Origin: an uncultured Actinomycetes bacterium
Lineage (GTDB): Bacteria; Actinomycetota; Thermoleophilia; Gaiellales; JAICJC01
Reading direction: 5' to 3'
Assembly: GCA_963731515.1 (NCBI GenBank)
Contig: CAVSVU010000018.1
Location: forward strand, 114,424 to 178,423
DNA: 64,000 bases
This document shows, piece by piece, positions 10,959 through 19,737 of this stretch. Positions within the stretch are counted from its first letter, which is position 1. Every line of letters starts with the position of its first letter. A program made the translations under genes and the position numbers. The notes beneath the pieces are model-generated. The model saw nothing but the letters and a program-made list of their open reading frames with translations. It was not told where the DNA came from and did not search any database.

Positions 10959-12203
10959 ATGGCGGTGCGGACAGAGACGCCGCTCGACGCGGCCCGGATC
11001 AAGCTCGACTTCCCCATCCTGGGCAAGCCGGTGCACGGCAAGCCGCTCGTCTACCTCGACTCCGCCGCGTCGTCGCAGAAGCCGCGTGCGGTGATCGACA
11101 CGATCACCGACGTCTACGAGAACTCCTACGCCGCGGTGCACCGGGCGGTGTACGCGCTGGGCGAGGCCGCCACCGAGCGCTACGAGGGCGCCCGCGACAC
11201 CGTGGCTGCGCTCCTGAACGCCCGTTCGCGGCGCGAGATCGTCTTCGTGCGCAACGCCACCGAGGGCCTGAACCTGGTCGCGTACGCCTACGGCGACAGG
11301 TTCGTCGGCGCGGGCGACGTCATCGTCACGACCGAGATGGAGCACCACTCCAACCTCGTCCCGTGGCAGATGCTCGCCCGCCGCCGCGGCGCGACGGTGC
11401 GCTATCTGGCGCTCACGAGCGACGGCCGCCTCGACCCGGAGTCGCTCGAGGAGCTCGCGGATCTCGAGAACGTGAAGCTCGTCGCGGCCACGCACGTGTC
11501 CAACTCGCTCGCGACCGTGAACGACATCCCGGCGCTCGCGGCGTGGGCGCACGAGCGGGGCGCGGTGATGGTCTGCGACGGCGCCCAGGCGGCGCCGCAC
11601 ATGCCCGTCGACGTGCGCGCGCTCGGCTGCGACTTCTACGCGATCTCCGGGCACAAGATGTGCGGCCCCGGCGCCGGGGCGCTGTGGGGTCGGGAGGAGC
11701 TCTTCGAGCGGATGGACCCGTTCATGACCGGCGGCGGCCAGATCGGGAAGGTCGAGCTCGACAACACGACCTGGAACGAGCTGCCGTACAAGTTCGAGCC
11801 GGGCGTGCCGCCGCTGGCCGAGGTGGTCGGCTTCGGCGCCGCGATCGACTACGTCACCGGGATCGGCCTCGAGGCCATCCACGCCCACGAGCAGGCCCTC
11901 GTGCGCTACGGCTGGGACGTGCTTTCGGCCATCCCCGGCGTGACCGTGTACGGGCCGCCGCCGCCCGACCGGGCCGGCATCCTCTCGTTCACCGTCGCGG
12001 ACGTGCACCCGCACGACGTCGCCCAGGTGCTCGACTCCGAGGCGATCTGCGTGCGCGCCGGGCACCACTGCACCCAGCCGGCGATGCGCCGCTTCGGGCT
12101 GATCGCGACCGCCCGCGCGAGCGTCTACCTCTACAACACGGTGGAGGACTTCGACCGGCTGGTGTCGGGTATCGAGAAGGTCAAGCGCACGTTCAGCGTG
12201 TAG
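10959..12203 (+). CDS. sufS: Cysteine desulfurase SufS
   Basis: 'YLDSAASSQKP', 'EHHSN', 'SGHKM', 'RAGHHC'. Confidence 0.95.
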   Translation: MAVRTETPLDAARIKLDFPILGKPVHGKPLVYLDSAASSQKPRAVIDTITDVYENSYAAVHRAVYALGEAATERYEGARDTVAALLNARSRREIVFVRNATEGLNLVAYAYGDRFVGAGDVIVTTEMEHHSNLVPWQMLARRRGATVRYLALTSDGRLDPESLEELADLENVKLVAATHVSNSLATVNDIPALAAWAHERGAVMVCDGAQAAPHMPVDVRALGCDFYAISGHKMCGPGAGALWGREELFERMDPFMTGGGQIGKVELDNTTWNELPYKFEPGVPPLAEVVGFGAAIDYVTGIGLEAIHAHEQALVRYGWDVLSAIPGVTVYGPPPPDRAGILSFTVADVHPHDVAQVLDSEAICVRAGHHCTQPAMRRFGLIATARASVYLYNTVEDFDRLVSGIEKVKRTFSV

Positions 12204-12216
12204 GCGCCGCGCAAAC

Positions 12217-12231
12217 CGGGGTCTGACCCCG
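12217..12231. repeat. REP-like palindrome CGGGGTCTGACCCCG
   Basis: 7-bp inverted repeat around a central T, intergenic between sufS and sufU. Confidence 0.6.
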
Positions 12232-12262
12232 AACGTCGGCCGGTACACTTTCTCCACAGACC

Positions 12263-12667
12263 ATGGACGACTTCTACCGCGAGAACATCCTCGACCACTA
12301 CCGCAACCCGCGCAACAGCGGGCATCTCGACGCGCCGTCGGCCACGGCCGAGGGCGTGAACCCGCTCTGCGGCGACGAGCTGTCGGTGGAGCTCGACATC
12401 GAGGACGACGTCGTCCGCGAGGTGCGCTTCAACGGCCGCGGATGCGCCATCAGCCAGGCGGCGGCGTCGATGATCTCGGACGTCGTCATGGGCAAGACGG
12501 TCACGGAGGTCGGCGCGCTCGGGCGCGACGACGTCCTGGAGGAGCTGGGGATCCCGCTGACGCCGATCCGGCTCAAGTGCGCCCTGCTCTCCGTGAACGT
12601 GCTCAAGGTCGCCCTCGGGCGCACCCCGGGAGATGACGACCGCGAGATCGAGTGGAGATCGCAGTAG
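12263..12667 (+). CDS. sufU: SufU/NifU-N Fe-S scaffold or sulfur-transfer protein
   Basis: 'NPLCGD', 'GCAISQA', 'RLKCA'. Confidence 0.92.
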   Translation: MDDFYRENILDHYRNPRNSGHLDAPSATAEGVNPLCGDELSVELDIEDDVVREVRFNGRGCAISQAAASMISDVVMGKTVTEVGALGRDDVLEELGIPLTPIRLKCALLSVNVLKVALGRTPGDDDREIEWRSQ

Positions 12668-12954
12668 GGCCGATCGAGGCGATCCCCGAGGGGGGCGTCA
12701 AGATCGTCCAGTCAGGCTCGCTCTTCGTCGGTGTCTACCGCATCGACGGCACCCTGTACGCGATCGAGGACCGCTGCAGCCACGACGACGGCCCGCTGTG
12801 CGAGGGCGAGCGGGAGGGCTTCTGCGTCGTCTGCCCCCGTCACGGCGCCCGCTTCGACCTGCGCACCGGCGCCGTCCTGTCGCTGCCCGCCACCGAGGAC
12901 GTGGAGGCCTTCGAGGTCGTCGTCCGGGACGGCGAGGCGTTCGTCGTCGCATAG
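12652..12954 (+). CDS. Rieske-type ferredoxin
   Basis: 'CSH...CPRH' Rieske motif. Confidence 0.9.
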   Translation: MEIAVGPIEAIPEGGVKIVQSGSLFVGVYRIDGTLYAIEDRCSHDDGPLCEGEREGFCVVCPRHGARFDLRTGAVLSLPATEDVEAFEVVVRDGEAFVVA

Positions 12955-12964
12955 ACTTCGTCGC

Positions 12965-13705
12965 ATGGAGCAGCTGTCCGAGGCCACGCAGGAGTACCTT
13001 GAGAGCATCTACTGGCTGTACGAGGCCGGCATCGACCGCACCCAGGCGAACCTCGCCCGGGCCCTGCAGGTGTCGCAGCCCTCGGCCAGCGAGATGCTGC
13101 GGCGCCTGACCGACGACGGCCTCGTCAGCCGTGACGACCACAAGCTGATCCAGTTCACCGACCGCGGCCGCGACGTGGCCGCCCGGATCGTGGCCCGGCA
13201 CCGCACCGTCGAGGCCTACCTGGTGAAGGTGATGGGCATCCCGTGGGACGAGGTGCACGAGGAGGCCCACGCGATGGAGCACTCCATCTCCCCCCGGCTC
13301 GAGACGAAGATGCTCGAGATGATCGGCGAGGTGCGGACGTGCCCGCACGGCCATCCGATCGGCGACTACCCGCGCGAGCCGGGCGAGGCGCTGCCGGCCG
13401 TGCCGGTCGGCAGCGAGCTGATCGTCCTGCGGCTCGAGAACGAGGCCGAGGAGATGCTCCACTACCTGAAGCAGCACGGCGTCGAGCCGGGCCGCCGCTA
13501 CACGGTCAGCGAGCGCCGCGGCCACGGCGACGAGGCGGTCACCGAGCTCGTCGACATCGACGCCGGCACCACCCACGAGGTGGACGACCGGCTCGCCCGC
13601 ACCGTCTCGGTGGTGGTCTCGAGCCGCGGCGACGGGGCCGTCTCGGACGTCGTCGAGGCCGGCGCCGAGCTGCAGCTGCTCGGGCCGACCCGCTGGGGCA
13701 TGTAG
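12965..13705 (+). CDS. DtxR/IdeR/MntR-family metal-dependent regulator with FeoA-like C-terminal domain
   Basis: 'QEYLESIY', wHTH, 'RHRTVEAYL', 'HEEAHAMEH', 'CPHGHPI'. Confidence 0.9.
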   Translation: MEQLSEATQEYLESIYWLYEAGIDRTQANLARALQVSQPSASEMLRRLTDDGLVSRDDHKLIQFTDRGRDVAARIVARHRTVEAYLVKVMGIPWDEVHEEAHAMEHSISPRLETKMLEMIGEVRTCPHGHPIGDYPREPGEALPAVPVGSELIVLRLENEAEEMLHYLKQHGVEPGRRYTVSERRGHGDEAVTELVDIDAGTTHEVDDRLARTVSVVVSSRGDGAVSDVVEAGAELQLLGPTRWGM

Positions 13706-13754
13706 GAACCTGCCGCCCCTTTCGGACGTCGTCATCGGTTGCTACGATGTCGAT

Positions 13755-13980
13755 ACCGCGGAAAGGAGGTGGTCCGACTTGTTAGACGGTTCAAGACGGG
13801 CGAGTGGAGGTGCTCGCGGGTAGGGGCGAATCCCTGAACCCACGGGGAATCGCTGCAGCCGGCGTTGGGATAGCCTCCGCCACCTCCTAGGTGCGCGGGC
13901 TCGGCAATCGCCGCTACCCAATCCACGCGATATCACCGACGGCGGGGCGTACGGGCCAAGGCCTGTGCGCCCCGCTGGTG
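13755..13980 (+). ncRNA. Candidate structured small RNA or small-ORF mRNA of unknown family
   Basis: Extended -10 TGCTACGAT at 13740-13748, internal complementary segments and a strong 3' hairpin at 13942-13975. No long ORF. Confidence 0.5.
13942..13975 (+). terminator. GC-rich hairpin, possible terminator (no U-tract)
   Basis: GCGGGGCGTACGGGC pairs with GCCTGTGCGCCCCGC (two G-U pairs) around a CAAG loop. Confidence 0.5.
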
Positions 13981-14036
13981 CGTTAAGGAGCCGGCGACTG
14001 TCGTTGAGCGCGCAAGGATCGTGCTAGCGTGCGCCC

Positions 14037-14702
14037 ATGCCGGTGCTGCGGATCATCATCGCGAGCACGCGCCCCGGCCGGGCCGGGCTCCCGGTCGCGA
14101 GCTGGTTCATCGAGGTCGCCCGCGCCCACGGCGGGTTCGACGTCGAGGTGACCGACCTCGCCGAGCTGGCCCTGCCGTTCATGGACGAGCCGAAGCATCC
14201 CCGCCTGCGCGAGTACACCCACGCGCACACGCGCGCGTGGAGCGAGACCGTCGCCGCGTCCGACGCCTTCGTGTTCGTCATGCCGGAATACAACTTCGGC
14301 ATCACCGCGCCGCTCAAGAACGCGATCGACTACCTCCACCACGAGTGGCACGACAAGCCGGTCGGGTTCGTCAGCTACGGCGGCATCGCGGCCGGCACCC
14401 GGGCGGTGCAGATGACGAAGCAGATCGTGTCGGCGGTGAAGATGCTGCCCGTCTACGAGGCGGTCTACATCCCGTTCGTCGCCGGCCGGATCGAGGACGG
14501 GCGCTTCACGCCGACGGACGCGACGCAGGCCGCGGCGGGCGCGCTCCTGGACGAGCTCGTCCGGGTCGAGCCGGCGCTGCACACGCTGCGCGCGCGGCAT
14601 CCGCTCAGCGGGTATAGGCCTCGGCCATCGAGGCCGGGTCGATGCCGAGCTCGCTCCGCATCGGGCCGATGTCGCACTCGGTGCCCGCGAGCAGCATCGT
14701 GA
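14037..14702 (+). CDS. NADPH-dependent FMN reductase (3' end uncertain; overlaps the convergent gene)
   Basis: 'IASTRPGR', 'PEYNFG', 'LKNAIDYL', 'KPVGFVSYGG'. Confidence 0.9.
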   Translation: MPVLRIIIASTRPGRAGLPVASWFIEVARAHGGFDVEVTDLAELALPFMDEPKHPRLREYTHAHTRAWSETVAASDAFVFVMPEYNFGITAPLKNAIDYLHHEWHDKPVGFVSYGGIAAGTRAVQMTKQIVSAVKMLPVYEAVYIPFVAGRIEDGRFTPTDATQAAAGALLDELVRVEPALHTLRARHPLSGYRPRPSRPGRCRARSASGRCRTRCPRAAS

Positions 14703-15447
14703 TCTGATCGGGCGTGACCCGCAGCGGCGGGGGCAGATGACGCAGCAGGATGCGTGCCTGCGCGCGCATGAGCCCGGCCGGCACGTGCACCTTGGGATGC
14801 GGCCTGCGGCCGGTGTCGCGGGCGATCTCGTCCAGCAGGTCGTCGAACGCGAAGACCTGCGGGCCGCCCAGCTGGTAGCGCTTGCCGATCGTCTCGGGGC
14901 GTTCGAGCGCGCGCGCGAAGGCGGCGGCCACGTCGCCCGCCCACACCGGCTGGTGGCGGTAGCGGCCGTCGCCGATCACGGGGGTCAGCGGCATCCGCAC
15001 CAGCCGCTCGAACTCGGCGAACGCGCCGCCGCCGCGGGCGAACACGAAGCTCGGCTCGAACACCGTCCAGTCGAGGCCGCTCGCGGTCACCGCCTGCGCG
15101 CCCTTCCACTTGCTGCCCCAGTAGCCGGTCAGCGGTGCGTGCTCCTCGGTCACGCCGAGCGCGCTCATGTGCAGGAAGCGGCGCACGCCGTTCGCTTCCG
15201 CTGCCGCGACGGCGTTGGCGGGGCCCTGCGCGTTCACCGCCTCGAACTGCTCCGGGCTCCCGTCGAGGATCGCGACCAGGTGGACGATCGCGTCGGCGCC
15301 CTGCGCCGCCCCCTCGAGCGAGGAGGGGTCGGTGACGTCGCCGCCGGTGCGGCGCGAGAACCGCACCACGTCGTGGCCGTCGGACTCGAGCCGTTCGGCG
15401 ACGCGGGTGCCGATGAAGCCGCTCGCTCCGGTGACGAGCACCCTCAC
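14605..15447 (-). CDS. NAD-dependent epimerase/dehydratase (NDUFA9-like atypical SDR)
   Basis: 'VLVTGASGFIG', 'HMSALG', 'YWGSK'. GTG start overlaps the dcd stop. Confidence 0.88.
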   Translation of the reverse strand: MRVLVTGASGFIGTRVAERLESDGHDVVRFSRRTGGDVTDPSSLEGAAQGADAIVHLVAILDGSPEQFEAVNAQGPANAVAAAEANGVRRFLHMSALGVTEEHAPLTGYWGSKWKGAQAVTASGLDWTVFEPSFVFARGGGAFAEFERLVRMPLTPVIGDGRYRHQPVWAGDVAAAFARALERPETIGKRYQLGGPQVFAFDDLLDEIARDTGRRPHPKVHVPAGLMRAQARILLRHLPPPLRVTPDQITMLLAGTECDIGPMRSELGIDPASMAEAYTR

Positions 15448-16022
15448 TGCTTGTAGCCGGGCTCGAAGTTGAGGTAGTACTTGCTCGGCGTCGGCTCGGC
15501 CTGGCCCTGGTACTTGCTCCCCAGCCGCCCGGAGCCGTACGGGTGCTCGGCGGGGGTCGTGAGGGTGTGGAAGCTGAGCTGGCCGATCCGCATGCCCGGG
15601 TAGACCGTGATCGGGAGGTTGGCCATGTTCGCGAGCTCGAGGGTGATGTGGCCGTCGAAGCCGGCGTCGATGATCCCGGCCGTCTGGTGGACGACCAGGC
15701 CCAGCCGGCCGAGCGAGCTCTTGCCGTCGAGCGACGCGACGATGTCCGCCGGCAGCGTCACCCGCTCGGCGACGACGGCGAGCACGAACTCGCCGGGGTG
15801 GAGGATGAACGGCTCGTCGTCCGAGACGGTGACGAGCTCGGTGAGGTCGTCCATCGGCCGCTTCACGTCGATGTAGGCGTAGCGCGAGTTGCGGAAGACG
15901 CGGAACGCGCTGCCCACCCGGACGTCGATGCTGCCCGGCTGCACCATGGCGTCGTCGAACGGATCGATCCCGATCCGGCCGGCGGCCACCTCCTCGCGGA
16001 TCGACCGGTCGGACAGCACCAT
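15444..16022 (-). CDS. dcd: dCTP deaminase
   Basis: 'QPGSIDVR', 'GKSSLGRLGL', 'TAGIIDAGFDGHITLE', 'SKYQGQ'. Confidence 0.95.
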   Translation of the reverse strand: MVLSDRSIREEVAAGRIGIDPFDDAMVQPGSIDVRVGSAFRVFRNSRYAYIDVKRPMDDLTELVTVSDDEPFILHPGEFVLAVVAERVTLPADIVASLDGKSSLGRLGLVVHQTAGIIDAGFDGHITLELANMANLPITVYPGMRIGQLSFHTLTTPAEHPYGSGRLGSKYQGQAEPTPSKYYLNFEPGYKQ

Positions 16023-16125
16023 TCGCGGGATTGTACCGAGTGCCGTCTGCTATTTTTGCGGGAGAGAGCGGTGACCGGCGCCGGCAGGCCCGCTGCGGAA
16101 TTCTGCACGAGGGGGAGGGTGAGCC

Positions 16126-17478
16126 ATGCCACGCACGGTCGATCTGCGCACCGAGATTCCAGGCCCGAAGTCGCGCGAGATCATCGCGCGCAAGGAGCGT
16201 GTGGTGGCTGACGCGAAGAGCCTGCTCGCGCCGTTCGTCATCGATCGCGCCCACGGGTGCGTCATCACGGACGTCGACGGGAACACGTTCCTCGACTGGT
16301 CGGGCGGCATCGGCTGCCTGAACGTCGGCCACACGAACGCGGCGGTGTCCGAGGCGCTGCACGCCCAGGTGGAGCGGTTCCTGCACACCGACTTCACGAT
16401 CGTGCCCTACGAGTCGTACGTCGAGCTGGCCGAGCGGATCACCGCCCGCAGCCCGATCGCCGGACCGAACAAGGCGGCGTTCTTCAACTCGGGCGCCGAG
16501 GCGGTCGAGAACGCGGTCAAGATCGCCCGCCACGCCACCGGCCGGCCGGCCGTGATCGCGTTCGAGGGCGCGTTCCACGGCCGCACGCTGATGGCCATGT
16601 CGCTCACGTCGAAGCAGCACCCGTACAAGGCCGGCATGGGCCCGTTCGCCCCCGAGGTCTACCGGGCGCCGTTCCCGAACCCGTACCGCTGGGAGGGCGA
16701 CGACCCGGCCGGCGAGGCGCTCGACGCGCTCCGCCGCATGCTGGTCACCCACGTCGCCCCCGAGGCCGTGGCCGCGATCGTCTTCGAGCCCGTCCAGGGC
16801 GAGGGCGGGTTCGTCGTGCCGCCCGTCGAGTGGGTGCGCGGGCTGCGCGAGCTCGCGAGCGAGCACGGGATCATCCTCGTCTGCGACGAGGTGCAGTCCG
16901 GCTACGGCCGCACCGGCAAGATGTTCGCCGTCGAGCACTTCGGCATCGAGCCCGACCTGATCACCATCGCGAAGTCGATGGCGGCCGGCGTCCCCATCTC
17001 GGGGGTCTTCGGCCGGGCCGAGCTGATGGACGCCGCGCCGGACAGCTCGATCGGCGGCACCTTCGTGGGCTCGCCGCTCGGCTGCGCCGCCGGCCTGGCC
17101 GTCCTCGACGAGATCGACGACAAGGGGCTGCTCGCACGCGGCACCGAGATCGGCGAGCGCATCCGCAGCCGCTTCGACGAGTGGGCGGCGCGGCACGACA
17201 ACATCGGCGAGGTGCGCGGCCTGGGGCCGATGCTCGCGATCGAGTTCGTGACCGACCGGGCCTCGAAGACGCCGGCGCCCGACATCGCCACGGCCGTCCA
17301 CGAGCACGCCGTCCAGTCGGGGCTGCTCCTGCTCAAGGCGGGCATCCACGGCAACTGCGTCCGCGTGCTGGTCTCGCTGGTCGCGACGGACGACCAGATC
17401 GCCGAGGCGCTCGACATTTTCGGCGCGGCCATCGAGCAGGCTGTGGGTGCGCCGAACCTCGCCACCACAGCCGGATAG
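16126..17478 (+). CDS. gabT: 4-aminobutyrate aminotransferase (class III PLP)
   Basis: 'NSGAEAVENAVK', 'EPVQGEGG', 'DEVQSGYGRTG', 'AKSMA', 'GGTFVG'. Confidence 0.88.
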   Translation: MPRTVDLRTEIPGPKSREIIARKERVVADAKSLLAPFVIDRAHGCVITDVDGNTFLDWSGGIGCLNVGHTNAAVSEALHAQVERFLHTDFTIVPYESYVELAERITARSPIAGPNKAAFFNSGAEAVENAVKIARHATGRPAVIAFEGAFHGRTLMAMSLTSKQHPYKAGMGPFAPEVYRAPFPNPYRWEGDDPAGEALDALRRMLVTHVAPEAVAAIVFEPVQGEGGFVVPPVEWVRGLRELASEHGIILVCDEVQSGYGRTGKMFAVEHFGIEPDLITIAKSMAAGVPISGVFGRAELMDAAPDSSIGGTFVGSPLGCAAGLAVLDEIDDKGLLARGTEIGERIRSRFDEWAARHDNIGEVRGLGPMLAIEFVTDRASKTPAPDIATAVHEHAVQSGLLLLKAGIHGNCVRVLVSLVATDDQIAEALDIFGAAIEQAVGAPNLATTAG

Positions 17479-17607
17479 CCCCCTCCGGACGGTAATTGTT
17501 AAGAGAATTCACCGGACTTAAGGAGTCCGGAAGGGTTCCGTTAACGGCGAACCGCTCCGCGAGGCGCAGGGGTACGGTCTCCCCACTCGAGGCGCAAGGA
17601 GGGGTCC

Positions 17608-18081
17608 GTGAGGTTTCGTGTGGCAGGGATGACGCTCGTGGTGATGCTCGCACTGCTCGTCCCGACCACCGCATCGGCCTTCACGTCGGTACCCGCCTTC
17701 CGCTCCGCCCTGCAGCGGCGCATCAACACCTTCCGTGCCGAGTACGGCCGGGCGCCCATCCACCTGAACGTGCGGCTCGAGCGGGCCGCGCAGGCGCACT
17801 CGAACGACATGGCGCAGCACAATGACTTCTCGCACTCGAGCTCGAGCGGCACCAGCTGGGCGGCCCGGATCCGCTACTGGGGCTACCGGGGCGGCTGGAT
17901 CGGCGAGAACCTCGCCGTCGGCAACGTCACCGCCCGCACCGTCATGGCGATGTGGAAGGCGAGCCCGCCCCACCGCGCCAACCTGCTGAACGGCCACTTC
18001 GGAGCCGTCGGCATCGGCGCCCACGCCGGCAAGTACGCCGGCCGCGCCGCCTACTACGTCACGTCCGATTTCGGCGGCTGA
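17608..18081 (+). CDS. Secreted CAP/SCP-domain protein
   Basis: Signal peptide, 'AQAHSNDMA...FSH', 'GENLA', 'W-x-x-SPPHRANLL'. Confidence 0.88.
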   Translation: MRFRVAGMTLVVMLALLVPTTASAFTSVPAFRSALQRRINTFRAEYGRAPIHLNVRLERAAQAHSNDMAQHNDFSHSSSSGTSWAARIRYWGYRGGWIGENLAVGNVTARTVMAMWKASPPHRANLLNGHFGAVGIGAHAGKYAGRAAYYVTSDFGG

Positions 18082-18206
18082 GCCGCCCACCTCGGCCATA
18101 CCAGTCTCTTCCAGCCGCTGCCTTCTCGTGAGGTGCTCAAGCGCGGCCGCGACCGACCGAATACACGGGAGGATAATTCGCAGTTCATCTATAGCACAGG
18201 GCAGGA

Positions 18207-18629
18207 ATGGCAGAGTTTCACGTCAAACGGATCACGCTCGCCAGCGGCAAGGTGGTGGAGCTGGTCTATCTCCAGACAGGGTGGGCCGAGACGACCCCTG
18301 TCGAGGCCGACGCGACCGCGGAACCGCGGCTTCGCGTCCGCCGCATCGAGCTCTGCCCGCAGTGCGGCTCCGACCGGGTGCACCCGCTCGACTGGCGCGA
18401 GGTCGAGGACATGCGCTGGGAGCTGGACGTGCGCTGCCCGGACTGCCGCTGGAGCGGCGGTGACGTGTACGAGCAGCCCGAGGTGGAGCGCTACGACGAC
18501 GTGCTGCTCGCGGGCGCGGGCGACCTGACCGAGGAGCTCGAACGCATCACGCGCGAGAACATGGCCGAGCACCTCGAGCGCTTCCGCGCCGCCCTCGATG
18601 CGGACGCGATCACCCCGTTCGACTTCTGA
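18207..18629 (+). CDS. Hypothetical zinc-ribbon protein
   Basis: CPQC...CPDC pair, acidic C-terminus ending in PFDF, GC3-biased codons. Confidence 0.75.
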   Translation: MAEFHVKRITLASGKVVELVYLQTGWAETTPVEADATAEPRLRVRRIELCPQCGSDRVHPLDWREVEDMRWELDVRCPDCRWSGGDVYEQPEVERYDDVLLAGAGDLTEELERITRENMAEHLERFRAALDADAITPFDF

Positions 18630-18634
18630 GCCCA

Positions 18635-18658
18635 TGAATACCCGGTGCCAGGCACCGG
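18635..18658. repeat. REP-like palindrome (TGAATAC)CCGGTGCCAGGCACCGG, copy 1
   Basis: 8-bp inverted repeat between convergent genes. Near-identical copy at 40015-40038. Confidence 0.7.
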
Positions 18659-18666
18659 ATATCACG

Positions 18667-19737
18667 CTAGTGGCGCAGGTGCTGCTGCTCGCGGTGGCGC
18701 TCGAGCGCGGCCTCGATCAGCCTGTCGAGCAGCTGGGGGTAGGTGACGCCGGTGGCCTCGAACAGCTTGGCGTAGACGCTCGTCTCGGTGAAGCCGGGAA
18801 TCGTGTTGATCTCGTTCACGACGACGTCGCCCGCGTCGGTGATGAACATGTCGATCCGGGCCATGCCCTCGCACTGGCAGGCCTTGAAGGAGTCCAGCGC
18901 CACCCGCTGCACCTCCTCCGCGAGCTCCGGTGCGATGTCGGCCGGCGCCTCGAGGTCCATGCCGCCGGGCTCGTACTTGGCGGCGTAGTCGTACCACTCC
19001 GAGTTCACGTGCAGGCGGCCGGGGACGCTGACGAGCGGGTCGTACGTGCCGAGCACGCCGCACTCGACCTCCATCCCGTGCACCATCGCCTCGATCAGCA
19101 CCTTGGAGTCGTGCTGGAAGGCCAGGTCGAGCGCGGGTGCGAGGCCGTCGATGTCGGTCACCTTGCTGATGCCGACGCTCGAGCCCAGCCGGGCCGGCTT
19201 GACGAAGCACGGCAGCGTGATCTCGGCGGCCGCGAGCATCGCCTCGACGTCCGTGTCGAGCACCGTATGGGCCTCGAGCGTGACGCTGCGGGCGGTGGCG
19301 ATGCCGTTCGCGCCCAGCACGACCTTCACCATCGCCTTGTCCATCGTGAGCGCCGACGCGAGGACGCCGGAGCCGACGTACGGGACGCCGAGCATCTCCA
19401 GCATCCCCTGCAGCGTCCCGTCCTCGCCGTAGGGGCCGTGCAGCATGGGCACGACGACGTCGATCTGGCCGACCGCGCGGGCCTGGCTGAGCGTCCCGCC
19501 GGCGCGGGGGATGACGCTGCGCGAGTTCGAGCCCGGGTCGAGCGCGAGCCGCTCGCCCTCGGCGGCAGGCGCCTCCAGCTGCCAGGAGCCGTCGCGGTCG
19601 ATGGTGACGCCGACCACGTCGTAGCGGTCGGGGTCGAGTGCCGCGGCGACGGACGCGCCCGATGCGAGCGAGATCTCGTGCTCCGAGCTGCGGCCGCCGG
19701 AGAGGACGGCCACCCGCAGGCGGACGACCTCGCTCAC
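18667..19737 (-). CDS. ddl: D-alanine--D-alanine ligase
   Basis: 'GGRSSEHEIS', 'LHGPYGEDG', 'VKPARLGSSVG', 'YDYAAKY', 'NEINTIPG'. Confidence 0.95.
   Translation of the reverse strand: MSEVVRLRVAVLSGGRSSEHEISLASGASVAAALDPDRYDVVGVTIDRDGSWQLEAPAAEGERLALDPGSNSRSVIPRAGGTLSQARAVGQIDVVVPMLHGPYGEDGTLQGMLEMLGVPYVGSGVLASALTMDKAMVKVVLGANGIATARSVTLEAHTVLDTDVEAMLAAAEITLPCFVKPARLGSSVGISKVTDIDGLAPALDLAFQHDSKVLIEAMVHGMEVECGVLGTYDPLVSVPGRLHVNSEWYDYAAKYEPGGMDLEAPADIAPELAEEVQRVALDSFKACQCEGMARIDMFITDAGDVVVNEINTIPGFTETSVYAKLFEATGVTYPQLLDRLIEAALERHREQQHLRH

Noticed and set aside
13761..13775. Remnant of a 16S rRNA gene on the minus strand
   Set aside because: Similarity is limited to 15 nt and the flanks do not resemble rRNA. 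Treated as an extended SD-like element instead.
17540..17600. c-di-GMP-I or c-di-AMP riboswitch upstream of the CAP gene
   Set aside because: Only a vague GGCGAACC resemblance. The required paired elements could not be built.
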